64,000 nucleotides of DNA from an uncultured Magnetospirillum sp. (lineage in GTDB: Bacteria > Pseudomonadota > Alphaproteobacteria > Rhodospirillales > Magnetospirillaceae): the NCBI GenBank assembly GCA_903853455.1, contig CAINTR010000204.1:2339-66338 (forward strand). Reading direction: 5' to 3'. The notes beneath the pieces were generated by a model. It searched no databases and was not told the origin of the DNA. It saw only the letters and a program-made list of their open reading frames with translations. A program made the translations under genes and the position numbers. Below, one piece after another: positions 30,259 through 40,659 of this stretch; positions within the stretch are counted from its first letter, which is position 1, and the number at the start of each line of letters is the position of its first letter.

Positions 30259-30774
30259 ATGAATTCGAGTCTGTTCGGGGGAATTTTCAAGCGGGTGTCG
30301 GTGCTGGTCGTCTGGATGGCGATCTCGGCGACGCCTGCCTTGGCCGGGGAGACCAGCGGCTTGCCGTTGCCGCGCTTCGTTTCGCTTCGTTCGGACGAAG
30401 TCAACCTGCGCACCGGCCCCGGACAGCGCTATCCCATCGACTGGATCTACGCCCGCAAGGATCTGCCGGTGGAGGTCATCGCCGAGTTCGAGGCCTGGCG
30501 CAAGATTCGCGACTGGCAGGGAACCGAGGGCTGGGTCCATCAAAGCATGCTGTCGGGCCGCCGCATGATGGTGGTGATCGGGGGTCAGCGGCAGTTGCGC
30601 GGTTCCGATTCCGAATCGGCCGACACCGTGGCGGTGGTGGAGCCGGGCGTGCTGGGGCGGCTGCTGCAATGCCCGCGCAACCGCGACTATTGCCGGGTCG
30701 AGGTGGGCCAGACTCAAGGATGGTTCAAGCGCGACGAGATCTGGGGCGTCTACAAGGGCGAGTGGATCGAATAG
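30259..30774 (+). CDS. Exported SH3-domain protein (DUF1058-like)
   Basis: Signal peptide; SGLPLPRFVSL..DEVNLRTGPG..YPIDW, WRKIRD, GWVHQSMLSG. Confidence 0.85.
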   Translation: MNSSLFGGIFKRVSVLVVWMAISATPALAGETSGLPLPRFVSLRSDEVNLRTGPGQRYPIDWIYARKDLPVEVIAEFEAWRKIRDWQGTEGWVHQSMLSGRRMMVVIGGQRQLRGSDSESADTVAVVEPGVLGRLLQCPRNRDYCRVEVGQTQGWFKRDEIWGVYKGEWIE

Positions 30775-30870
30775 CTCCCGAGGCATTTGCATAAAATTTT
30801 ATGAAATTGCTCGGCAAATTAAACTAAAGTATCGAGCAAATGCCGCCAAACATACTCATCGCTAATACTG

Positions 30871-30900
30871 TTTCACTTTAAAATTAACCTGACGTATAAT
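30871..30900 (+). promoter_or_regulatory. Sigma70-type promoter in an AT-rich island
   Basis: TTTCAC-N18-TATAAT, preceded by palindrome CATAAAATTTTATG (30790-30803) and inverted repeat GGCATTTGC/GCAAATGCC. Confidence 0.55.
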
Positions 30901-30992
30901 GATGTCCGTGGATATTCGCGGGCAGAAGCTCCGCGATCCGATTGTCGATAGGCCGTCCGGCAAAGTCCGGCGGCGAGTATAGCGAGACGTCG

Positions 30993-31211
30993 ATGTCGCT
31001 TGGGACTGACCAGTGTAACTTCCGAATGGTGTCGGAAACCGGGCGAGAGCTCATGGAAGGCGACGACTCCCGAGCCTTGGTGGACTTTACCCGCAAGACG
31101 CTGTCTTGCCCGCGTCTGCGCAGTTGCCCCTATTGTGACTGCTGCACCATCTTCACCGCGTCCCTGCTGTCCGAACGCGGACGCCATCCCCGGGAATGCC
31201 GGGATCGATAA
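30993..31211 (+). CDS. Small Cys-rich hypothetical protein
   Basis: 72 aa containing CPRLRSCPYCDCC; fills the gap downstream of the promoter; RBS weak. Confidence 0.45.
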   Translation: MSLGTDQCNFRMVSETGRELMEGDDSRALVDFTRKTLSCPRLRSCPYCDCCTIFTASLLSERGRHPRECRDR

Positions 31212-31216
31212 GGTTT

Positions 31217-31792
31217 TCAGCGATCCATGGCGTGGTAGTCGGGATTGGGCATCATGTCCAGGCCGTGGGCCATGCGGTTGGTGTAGTTGAAGAAGGCGGC
31301 GACGTCGCAGAGGTCGAAGATGTCGTTGTCGGCGAAGCCCACCTCCCGCAAGCCCTGACGATCGGCTTCGGCGACGTCGTGGGGGGCGGTGGTCAGCTTC
31401 CAGGCGAAGTCGAGCATGGCGCGGTGGCGGGGCGACAATTCGGCGACGCGGTAATTCATCACCATCATCTCGCCCAACTGGAGATCGCCCGACAGCGCCC
31501 GGACCGCTTGGCCGTGCGCCACCAGGCAGTAATAGCAGCGGTTGGCCGAGGACACGACCACGGCGACCATCTCCCGCTCCAGCTTGGACAGGGCGCAGTC
31601 GTCGGACAGCATCAGCTGGTTGTAGAAGCGCGTGAAGGTGCGGAACTTCTCGGGACGTCCGGTATAGGCCAGCAGCACATTGGGCCGCATCCCCAGTTTC
31701 TCGTCGCATTTGGCGAAATAGGCGGCGACGTCTTCGGGATAGTCCTCGGCGGCGGGCAGGGCGACGCGGACGATGTGATCGGGTTGCGGCAT
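31217..31792 (-). CDS. Peroxidase-related AhpD/CMD-family protein
   Basis: LSKLEREMVAVVVSSANRCYYCLVAHG (CXXC), AAFFNYTNR. Confidence 0.9.
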   Translation of the reverse strand: MPQPDHIVRVALPAAEDYPEDVAAYFAKCDEKLGMRPNVLLAYTGRPEKFRTFTRFYNQLMLSDDCALSKLEREMVAVVVSSANRCYYCLVAHGQAVRALSGDLQLGEMMVMNYRVAELSPRHRAMLDFAWKLTTAPHDVAEADRQGLREVGFADNDIFDLCDVAAFFNYTNRMAHGLDMMPNPDYHAMDR

Positions 31793-31843
31793 GGGGGAAT
31801 ATCTCCTTATTATACCGGCGAGCCACTGTCGTTGCTCGCCTCA

Positions 31844-31952
31844 TTGTCCCTCAATCGCCGGGCGGGGCCTCGCGGCCCCTTGGCTTTCGCGGCATGAGCC
31901 GCGCCGGGCCTTGCCCGCAACTTCGAGCCGATGGATTCATCGGCTCGTCGGG
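31844..31952 (+). repeat. CCCTCA-CGCCGGG structured repeat, full copy
   Basis: 80/86 nt identical to 42597-42682 by manual alignment; hairpins GGGGCC/GGCCCC, GCGGC/GCCGC, CGAGCCGATG/CATCGGCTCG. Confidence 0.9.
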
Positions 31953-31954
31953 AT

Positions 31955-32105
31955 TTAAAGACTCATCATGGTCGCCAGCATGGTGGCGACCGGCTTTTCC
32001 CGGTCAGCCGGACCCCCAGGGTTCGCATGAAGAGACCTGGCGGGCGAAGCTGGCGGCCACCCGCTCGCGCCATCCCGCGTCCTTGGGGGTGAAACCCTTG
32101 GGCAT
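31955..32105 (-). pseudogene. Internally deleted PaaI-family thioesterase remnant
   Basis: ATG overlaps the usp stop: MPKGFTPKDAGWRERVAASFARQ, frameshift, GLFMRTLGVRLT, junction, then EKPVATMLATMMSL-TAA, i.e. both termini of a hotdog thioesterase. Confidence 0.65.
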
Positions 32106-32920
32106 CAGTTGGACATCAGCACCGGCACGGTCATGTGGCTCAGCACATAGCGGGTGCCGGAGCCGCGCTTGAGCGACAGGCCGTACTGGCCGTGCGCTCC
32201 CATGACCACCAGATCGGCCCCCAGGTCGCACAGCCGCGACAGCAGCATGTCCATCTTGCCGATGGCTTCGCCGGCCAGCCGCTCGCCCTCGGCCTTGATG
32301 CCGCAGGTGGCGAGGTGGTCGAGGATGTCCACCCGGGGAACCTCGCCCATGGCGCTGGGGTTGGTTTCCTGCTGGCCGTGCATGGACAGCACCGTCACCG
32401 ATTTGGCCGCCGCCATCAGCGGCTTGGCGTCGTTCAGCGCCCGGACGGCCTCCTTGCCGGCGTTCCAGGCCACGGCGATGCGCTCGCCGACGGTGGGGAA
32501 GCTGCCGGTATGGGGGATCACCAGCACCGGCCGGCCGCAATTGAGAATGGTGTGTTCCACCAGATCCTCGGGGACCTGCTTGGCCTTGGGCACGATCTGG
32601 CCCATCACCACCAGATCGGCGTAGCGGGCGCAGAACATGGTTTCGGACAGGACATGGCTGGGTTCGCCATGGGCCAACTGCCACCAGCGCCCGTTGACGC
32701 CGGCGGCCTTGACGCGCTCGGCGAACAGGGCGCTGGCGGCGTCGCGGATCGTCGTCAGCGATTCGCTGGCCTGATGGGCGACGGCGCTGGGCTTGTGGCT
32801 TTCGTTGCGGGCGAACAGGCCGGTCAGGCGGGCGCCGTGCTGCTTGGCGAGACCGATGGCGATATCGAGGCGAGTGGCGCAACGATCGCCGTCGTCCATG
32901 TGAACGAGGATGTCCTTCAT
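32105..32920 (-). CDS. Universal stress protein (tandem Usp domains)
   Basis: KDILVHMD, ADLVVMGQ, GRPVLVIP, IAVAWN..KEA.RAL, DLVVMGAHG, VPVLMSN. Confidence 0.9.
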   Translation of the reverse strand: MKDILVHMDDGDRCATRLDIAIGLAKQHGARLTGLFARNESHKPSAVAHQASESLTTIRDAASALFAERVKAAGVNGRWWQLAHGEPSHVLSETMFCARYADLVVMGQIVPKAKQVPEDLVEHTILNCGRPVLVIPHTGSFPTVGERIAVAWNAGKEAVRALNDAKPLMAAAKSVTVLSMHGQQETNPSAMGEVPRVDILDHLATCGIKAEGERLAGEAIGKMDMLLSRLCDLGADLVVMGAHGQYGLSLKRGSGTRYVLSHMTVPVLMSN

Positions 32921-32967
32921 GTCAAAATCCCCCAACCATTGCTATTGCCCAATCCTGGCGATCCGTT

Positions 32968-33087
32968 CGCCAAGGCACGCGCGACCACCAGCCTTTGGAT
33001 GGCTGGTGTCTCCGTAAATCTGACAGACCCTGACGTCGCGGTAAATGCGCTCGACCCGCCATCGACGAGATAACCGTTGCCGCCCAT
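32968..33087 (-). pseudogene. 3' remnant of an acyl-CoA dehydrogenase gene
   Basis: Across two frameshifts: GGNGYLVD / VERIYRDVRVCQIYG / IQRLVVARALA, the ACAD C-terminal consensus. Confidence 0.8.
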
Positions 33088-33133
33088 GGAGGTCCTTTGT
33101 GGACGACCAGGGATTTTGGTAGGATGAGCCATC

Positions 33134-33448
33134 ATGGGACGCGCGCAAACCATCGACGATGTCATCTCCATCCTGAAAAGCCATGAAGGCTTCTTTCGGG
33201 AGCAGGGCGTGACGCGCCTTGCCGTGTTCGGCTCCATGGCGCGTGGCGATGCCCGGCCCGACAGCGACGTGGATCTGGTGATCGATCTCGATCCCGACGC
33301 CAAGTTCAGTCTTCTCGACTTGGTTCATGTGAAAAATGAAACGTCGGATGTTCTTGGCTGCAAGGTCGATGTCGTTCTGCGTCGGTCGGTCAAGCCGCGC
33401 CTGTTGGGGGCCATAGAGCGAGATGGCGTCGATGTCTTCACCGTTTGA
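33134..33448 (+). CDS. Minimal nucleotidyltransferase (MntA-type antitoxin)
   Basis: VFGSMARGDARPDSDVDL (GSX10DXD), KVDVV. Confidence 0.92.
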   Translation: MGRAQTIDDVISILKSHEGFFREQGVTRLAVFGSMARGDARPDSDVDLVIDLDPDAKFSLLDLVHVKNETSDVLGCKVDVVLRRSVKPRLLGAIERDGVDVFTV

Positions 33449-33794
33449 CCTCGAAAAATGGGTGGGGCGAATAGAAGACATTCTTGCCGCTATTGACCGG
33501 ATCGAAGCCTTTCTTGACCGCCGCTCCGAGGCGGTTTTCATCAAGGATGAAATTCTGGTCAGCGCTGTCACGTACCAGCTTTTCATCATCGGAGAAGCTT
33601 CGACGCATCTCCCGCCAGACATCGCGGAACGCCACCCGTCGGTTCCCTGGAAAGAGATGCGTGGGATGCGCAACGTAATCGCGCACGAATACGGTTCCGT
33701 CGATGCTCGCATCGTCTGGCAAGTCGCCACCACCAATCTCGCTCCTCTCCGTCTCGCCCTGCTGGCTGAACGCGACTGGCTCACTTCATGTTGA
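33432..33794 (+). CDS. HEPN (DUF86/HepT-like) ribonuclease toxin
   Basis: IEDILAAI..IE.F, IIGEA, PWKEMRGMRNVIAHEY (RX4H); overlaps the convergent aldehyde dehydrogenase gene by 14 nt. Confidence 0.92.
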   Translation: MSSPFDLEKWVGRIEDILAAIDRIEAFLDRRSEAVFIKDEILVSAVTYQLFIIGEASTHLPPDIAERHPSVPWKEMRGMRNVIAHEYGSVDARIVWQVATTNLAPLRLALLAERDWLTSC

Positions 33795-35271
33795 AGATGA
33801 TGGTCTTCTTGTGGGTGAAGTGCTCCAGCATGGATTCCAGCGAGGCTTCGCGGCCCAGGCCCGAGGTCTTGACGCCGCCGTAGGACAGGCCCGGCTGCAC
33901 CACCAGGTTCTGGTTGACCTGGACGAAACCGGCTTCCAGCCGCCGCGTGGCGTCCATGGCGGTCTTGATGTCGCGGGTCCAGATGGAGGCGGCGAGGCCG
34001 TATTCGCTGTCGTTGGCCTGGGCGATGACCTCCTCGTAATCGCTCCATTTGATGACGGCGCAGACCGGGCCGAAGATCTCTTCCTGGCAGATGCGGTCGC
34101 TGTTCTTCAGCCCGGTAAAGATCACCGGCTGGACGAAGCGGCCCTTGGCCAGCTTGGGGTCGGTGGGCATGGCCGAGCAGGTGTGCTTGGTGGCGCCCTT
34201 GGTTTCCTCGCCCAGCTTGATGTAGGAGCGGACCCGCTCCAACTGGCCGTCGGAGACGATGGTGCCGATGTCGGTCTTCTCGTCCAGCGGATCGCCCATC
34301 ACCATGGCATCGACCTTGGCCTTGACCCGAGCGACGAACTCGTCGTGGATGGCCTCGTGGACGAACAGCCGCGAGCTGGCGGTGCAGCTCTGGCCCTGGC
34401 GGGTGAAGCGCATGCCGGCCAGGGCGCCGGCCACCGCCTGGTCCATGTCGGCGTCGGCGCAGACGATCATGGGGCTCTTGCCGCCCAGCTCCAGCGTCAC
34501 CGGGATCAGCTTCTCGGCGGCGGCGCGATAGACGATGCGCCCCGTTTCGACGCTGCCGGTGAAGCTCACCTTCTTGACGTCGGGATGTTCCACCAGCGGC
34601 GCGCCGCATTCGGGGCCGAAGCCCGACAGCATGTTGAACAATCCGTGGGGCAGGACGGTGTTCATGATCTCGGCGACGCGCAGCACGGTCAGCGGCGCCT
34701 CCTCCGCCGACTTCACCACCACCGCGTTGCCGGCGACCAGGGCGGCGGCGGCCTTCATGGCCATCAGCAGCAGCGGCACGTTCCACGGAATGATGCAGGC
34801 GACCACGCCCACCGGCTCGCGCACGGTGACGGTCAGCATGTCGGGGTTGAAGGGGATGGTCTCGCCCTTCAACTCGCTGCCCAGGCCACCGAAGAAGGTG
34901 AACATGTCGGCCAGCACCCCGGCCTCGATCCGGCTTTCGGTGCGCAGCGCCTTGCCGGTTTCGAGAGCCACCAGCCGACCCAACTCCTCCACATGGCTGG
35001 CCAGCACCCGGCCGCACTCGGCCACCAGCTTGCCGCGTTGCCGCGCCGCCAGCTTGGCCCAGTCCTTCTGGGCCGCCTTGGCGGCGGCCACGGCGGCATC
35101 CACGTCGGGCTTGGTGCCGAAGGCGGCGGTGCCGATCACCGCGCCGGTGGCGGGGTTATCGACGTCGAAGGTCTCGCCGCCGGCGGCGGCGACGAACTTG
35201 CCGGCGATCAGGTGCTTGCCGGACAGGGTCTGGGCGAGCTTGAAGGGGTCGAGTTCCGGGGTGATCGACAT
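33781..35271 (-). CDS. NAD-dependent aldehyde dehydrogenase
   Basis: PWNVP, FTGSVETG, LELGGKSP, GQSCTA, EEIFGP. Confidence 0.95.
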   Translation of the reverse strand: MSITPELDPFKLAQTLSGKHLIAGKFVAAAGGETFDVDNPATGAVIGTAAFGTKPDVDAAVAAAKAAQKDWAKLAARQRGKLVAECGRVLASHVEELGRLVALETGKALRTESRIEAGVLADMFTFFGGLGSELKGETIPFNPDMLTVTVREPVGVVACIIPWNVPLLLMAMKAAAALVAGNAVVVKSAEEAPLTVLRVAEIMNTVLPHGLFNMLSGFGPECGAPLVEHPDVKKVSFTGSVETGRIVYRAAAEKLIPVTLELGGKSPMIVCADADMDQAVAGALAGMRFTRQGQSCTASSRLFVHEAIHDEFVARVKAKVDAMVMGDPLDEKTDIGTIVSDGQLERVRSYIKLGEETKGATKHTCSAMPTDPKLAKGRFVQPVIFTGLKNSDRICQEEIFGPVCAVIKWSDYEEVIAQANDSEYGLAASIWTRDIKTAMDATRRLEAGFVQVNQNLVVQPGLSYGGVKTSGLGREASLESMLEHFTHKKTIIFNMK

Positions 35272-35275
35272 GGGG

Positions 35276-36504
35276 CTAGACTCTCTTGTCTTGGATGACG
35301 ATGCCGTCGTTGGGCAGGCCGCCGACCGGATGGAACACCACCTCGGTCTTCAGCTTGCACAGCGACTGGAAGGTGTCGCGGATGGCGGCGGCCAGGGCCG
35401 GATCGGCCGAAGCGCTTTCCACGTTCAGGATCAGGGCGTCGCCCTCGCCGGCCTTGTCCACCACCAGCCGGGCGCGGAGGATGTCCGGGTGGCGCTTGGA
35501 GACATCGGCCACCTGACGCGGATGGACGAACATGCCCTTGACCTTGGTGGTCTGGTCGGCGCGGCCCATCCAGCCCTTGAGGCGCAGATTGGTACGGCCG
35601 CACGGGCTTGCCCCCGCCAGCACCGCCGACAGGTCGCCGGTGGCGAAGCGGATCAGGGGATAGTCGGGATTGAAGCTGGTCACCACCACCTCGCCGACTT
35701 CGCCGTCCGGCACCGGGTCGCCGGTGCCGGGCCGGACGATCTCGACGATGACGCCCTCATCGACCACCAGACCCTGCTGGGCTTGGGTCTCGTAGGCGAT
35801 CAGGCCGAGATCGGCGGTGGCGTAGCACTGGGTGACGGCGACGCCGAGATCCTTGAGACTCTGGCGCAGGGGCGGCAGCAGCGCCTCGCCCGAGACGCAG
35901 GCCTTGGTCAGCGAGGAATGGTCGAGGCCCATCTCCTCGGCCTTCTCCAGGATGATCTTGAGGAAGGAGGGGGTGCCGCCATAGCCGGCGGGCTTGAGGT
36001 CGGCGACCGCCTGGGCCTGTTGCTCGGTGTTGCCGACGCCGGCGGGGAACACCGGGCAGCCGAGGGCATGGGCGCCGCTCTCGAACATCACGCCGCCGGG
36101 GGTAAAGTGGTAGGAGAAGCAGTTGTGCATGAGGTCGCCCCGGCGGAAGCCGGCGGCGAACAGGGCGCGGCCGATGCGCCACCAGTCGTTGTCCCAGCCT
36201 TCGGGGTCGTAGATCGGTCCCGGCGAGGCGAAGACCCGGCGCAGCTCGCCCTTGGGGACCGCGATCAGCGAGGCGAAGGGCGGGTCGGCCTGTTGCAGGT
36301 CGATCAGCTCGGACTTGCGCACCACCGGCAGGCGGGCGAGGGCGGCGCGGTCGGTCACCGATGCCGGATCGATGCCGGCCAGCAACTTGGTAAAAGCCGG
36401 CGCGTCGGCCTGGGCCAGCGCCACCTGCTCGGGCAGCGCCGCGAACAGGGCGGAGTCGCGCTCGTCGGGAGAGCGGGTCTCCAGGGAGTCGAAGAATTCG
36501 GTCA

Positions 36505-36505
<1 letters not shown>
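35276..36505 (-). CDS. Phenylacetate-CoA ligase-like (PaaK family) adenylating enzyme
   Basis: RLPVVRKSEL, VFASPGP, YATADLG, IRFATGD, GRADQTTKVKG. Confidence 0.85.
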
Positions 36506-37329
<824 letters not shown>

Positions 37330-37388
37330 GGGACTCTCCGGAAAGAAAAGGTGCGGGAGGCGGCAGCCGCCCCCCGCCATGCGAACGC

Positions 37389-38627
37389 TTACCAGCCCAG
37401 CCATTCCTTACGGCGGGGGATGTCGGCGGTGTAGACCTGCTTCATGCTGATGGCGCCGCCCTTGGTGGAGGCCTGGTAGATCTTGACCATGCCGGTGCCG
37501 CGATGGTCCTCATTGGTCCAATGGGAGGGGAGGCAGACGCCTTCCAGGCCGGCCGGCACCCAATCCTTCTTGCCGCTTTCCATGGCCTTCTTGATGTTGG
37601 GGCCGGTGATGCCGCCGGCCATCGTGTCGGCCGCCTCCATGGCTTCCTTCATGTAGTAGACCGAGCAGATGGCGCGGATGTAGTGCGCCGGCCGGGCCTC
37701 GGTGCCGGAGGCGTCGGAGACCTTGGAGATCTCGCGCACCAGCTTCATGCCGGGCACGTCGTCGGCCCAGGTGGCGGCGCCCACCACCCAGACCAGCTTG
37801 TCGGCGGCGTCGCCGGCGGTCTTGAGCGAACCCTCGTCGGTGCCCCAGATGTTGGCGAGGAACTGGACGTTGACGCCGACCGTCTCGCACGACTTCAGCA
37901 GCGAGATGGTCGAGCCGGAGGTGTTGGCGAGATAGGCGTAGTTGGCGCCGGATTCCTTCAAGGACAGGCACTGGGCCTTGAAGTCGCCGGGCTTGAGCGA
38001 GTACTGGATCTCGTTCAGGACTTCGAGGCCCATTTCCTTGGCATAGGCGCCGCAGGCGGCCTTGGGCGAGTTGGGATAGGGGTGGTTGTCGCCCATATGG
38101 ACGAACTTGGCGGCACCCTTGCCGCCCTTCTTCTTCCAGTCGTCGGCGGCCCACTGGACCAAGCCGCGGCAGGCGTCGGAATAGCTGGGGCCGTAGAAGA
38201 AGTTGTAGGGCGCGCCCTTCACCGAGGTGGCGCCTTGCGGGTCGGTGAGATGGCCGGAATACGAGCCCGAAATATAGGGGATCTCGTCCTTGGTCACGTT
38301 GTTGATCAGGGCCTCGGTGTCGCCGGTGCCCCAGCCCTGGATGGCCACCGCCTTGTCCGAGCCGGTCAGCTTCTTGTAGGCGGCCATGGCGCGCGGCACC
38401 TCATAGGCGTAGTCCACCGTCTCGAAGATGATCTTCTTGCCGGCGATGCCGCCATGGGCGTTGATGTAGTTCATGGCGTCGGCGATGCCTTGGCCGTAGG
38501 GCTTGCCCACCGACGAGGTGGCGCCGGTGATGTCGGCGATGTGACCGACCAGGATGCCGTCGGCGGCCATGGCGCTGCCCGAGGCCATGGCGACCAGAGC
38601 CGCGCCGGTAATCAGGATCTGCTTCAT
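37389..38627 (-). CDS. ABC transporter substrate-binding protein (LivJ/type I fold)
   Basis: Signal peptide, ADITGATS.VG.PY, QGWGTGDT; located in the liv-type operon. Confidence 0.9.
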   Translation of the reverse strand: MKQILITGAALVAMASGSAMAADGILVGHIADITGATSSVGKPYGQGIADAMNYINAHGGIAGKKIIFETVDYAYEVPRAMAAYKKLTGSDKAVAIQGWGTGDTEALINNVTKDEIPYISGSYSGHLTDPQGATSVKGAPYNFFYGPSYSDACRGLVQWAADDWKKKGGKGAAKFVHMGDNHPYPNSPKAACGAYAKEMGLEVLNEIQYSLKPGDFKAQCLSLKESGANYAYLANTSGSTISLLKSCETVGVNVQFLANIWGTDEGSLKTAGDAADKLVWVVGAATWADDVPGMKLVREISKVSDASGTEARPAHYIRAICSVYYMKEAMEAADTMAGGITGPNIKKAMESGKKDWVPAGLEGVCLPSHWTNEDHRGTGMVKIYQASTKGGAISMKQVYTADIPRRKEWLGW

Positions 38628-38679
38628 TGCTGTTACCTCCCTTGACGGTGTGTGAGCGATTTTTTGTTGTTGCTCTTGG

Positions 38680-39750
38680 TCAGTACGAGAATGGATACAG
38701 CTTCCAGTAAGACTTGATCAGACGCCAGCGATGGACCAGCCCGTCGGGCTCGAACATCAGGAACAGCACGATGGCCAGTCCGATACTCGCTTCCTTGATA
38801 TAGGCCAGGGCGTTGGTCAGGGCCGGGATGTCGCCGGTGACATGCTTGATGGCGCTGACCGCGGCCTCGGTGGCTTCCGGCAGCAGGACCATGAAGGCGG
38901 TGCCCATCAGGGTCCCCATCACCGAGCCCATGCCGCCGATGATGATCATGCCGAGGAACTGGATCGACAGCAGGATGGTGAAGCCCTCGGCCGAGACATA
39001 GCCGAGATAGTGGCCGTACAGCGCGCCGCCCACTCCGGCGTAGAACGACGAGATGCCGAACGACAGGATGCGGTATTTGGTGAGGTTGATGCCCATCACC
39101 TCGGCCGACAGGTAGTGGTCGCGCACCGCCACGAAGGCGCGGCCGTCGCGGGTCCGCAGCAGGTTGACCCCCAGCAGGTACATCACCACCAGGAAGGCCA
39201 GCACCACGTAGAAGAAGCCCTTGTCGCCGCCGACCTCGTAGCCGAACAGGCTGATGGGGGCGGCCTGGGCGCCGCCCGATCCGCCGGTGAACCAGGTGGC
39301 GCGCGAAAAGAAGTCTTCCAGGATGAACTGCGAGGCGAAGGTGGCGATGGCCAGATACAGCCCCTTCAGCCGTCCCGCCGGAATGCCGAACAGCAGCCCC
39401 AGCAGGGTGGTCATCACCCCGGCCAGCGGAATGGCCAGCAGCACCGGCACCCCGAACTTGTTGTTGAGCCAGGCCGAGGCGAAGGCGCCGAAGCCGAAGA
39501 AGGCGGCATGGCCCAGCGAGATCTGGCCGGTGGAGCCCACCAGGATGTTGAGGCCGAGGGCGGCGATGCCGAAATAGCCGATCTGGATCAACAGGGCGAT
39601 CAGGTAGTTGCTGAGCACCAGCGGCGCCGCCACCGCCACCAGCAGGCCGAGGATGCAGAAGTTCCGCGACGCCGGCGTCAGGAAGATGGTGGTGTCGGCC
39701 CCGTAGCTGGTCTTGAACTGGCCGCAGGGAACGAGGCTGCTGGAGATCAT
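38680..39750 (-). CDS. ABC permease (LivM-like)
   Basis: GLNILVGSTGQISLGHAAF, GRAFVAVRD, IIGGMGS. Confidence 0.92.
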   Translation of the reverse strand: MISSSLVPCGQFKTSYGADTTIFLTPASRNFCILGLLVAVAAPLVLSNYLIALLIQIGYFGIAALGLNILVGSTGQISLGHAAFFGFGAFASAWLNNKFGVPVLLAIPLAGVMTTLLGLLFGIPAGRLKGLYLAIATFASQFILEDFFSRATWFTGGSGGAQAAPISLFGYEVGGDKGFFYVVLAFLVVMYLLGVNLLRTRDGRAFVAVRDHYLSAEVMGINLTKYRILSFGISSFYAGVGGALYGHYLGYVSAEGFTILLSIQFLGMIIIGGMGSVMGTLMGTAFMVLLPEATEAAVSAIKHVTGDIPALTNALAYIKEASIGLAIVLFLMFEPDGLVHRWRLIKSYWKLYPFSY

Positions 39751-39754
39751 CGCC

Positions 39755-40648
39755 TTAGACCCTTTCGATGGTCTTGGTGCCGAACAGGCCGTAGGGCTTG
39801 ATCATCAGGATGACGACCAGCACGTAGAACGGCGCCACGGTGTAGAGGTTGCCGAGATGGAGGTACTGGCCGTCCACATACTCGGCCAGATTCTCCAGCA
39901 GGCCGATGATCAACCCGCCGATGACGGCGCCGATGATGGAGTCCAGACCGCCGACGATCACCGCCGGGAACACCTTGATGCCGAAGAAGGACAGCGCCGA
40001 GGACACGCCGTTGACCATGCCCACCACCACGCCGGCCAGGGCTGAGACCATGGCGGAGATCGCCCAGGCCATGGCGAAGACGTTCTTGACCGAGATGCCG
40101 AGGCTTTGCGCCACCTGCTGGTTGAAGGCGGTGGCCCGCATGGCGAGGCCCATGCGCGAGTATTTGAAGAACCAGGCGAAGGCGACCATGATCACCACCG
40201 ACACCACCAGGCTCATCAGATAGGCCGGCTGGACCTGAAGCCCCAGGACGTTGACCGACTTGACCGGGAAGATCTCGGGGAAGGGCTGGGCCCAGACGCC
40301 GAAAATGGACTTCACCACCGCCTGGAAGAAGATGGACAGGCCGATGGTGACCATGATCACCGAGATCACCGGCTCGCCGATCATCGGGCGCAGCACCAGC
40401 ATCTGAATGGCGATGCCGAACACCATCATGAAGACGAAGGTCAGCGGGAAGGCGACCCAGAACGGCAGGGCCATGCTGGTAACCAGCCACCAGCAGGTCC
40501 AGGCGCCGATCAGCAGGAATTCGCCCTGGGCGAAGTTCACCACCTGGGTCGACTTGTAGATCAGCACGAAGCACATGGCGACGACGCCGTACAGGGTGCC
40601 GACGATCAGGCCGTTGACGATGAGCTGGAACAGCAGGCTCGATTCCAT
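39755..40648 (-). CDS. ABC permease (LivH-like)
   Basis: QLIVNGL..G..YG, VNFAQGE, GLAMRA, VIVGGLDS. Confidence 0.92.
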   Translation of the reverse strand: MESSLLFQLIVNGLIVGTLYGVVAMCFVLIYKSTQVVNFAQGEFLLIGAWTCWWLVTSMALPFWVAFPLTFVFMMVFGIAIQMLVLRPMIGEPVISVIMVTIGLSIFFQAVVKSIFGVWAQPFPEIFPVKSVNVLGLQVQPAYLMSLVVSVVIMVAFAWFFKYSRMGLAMRATAFNQQVAQSLGISVKNVFAMAWAISAMVSALAGVVVGMVNGVSSALSFFGIKVFPAVIVGGLDSIIGAVIGGLIIGLLENLAEYVDGQYLHLGNLYTVAPFYVLVVILMIKPYGLFGTKTIERV

Positions 40649-40659
40649 GTCCGGTTCTC

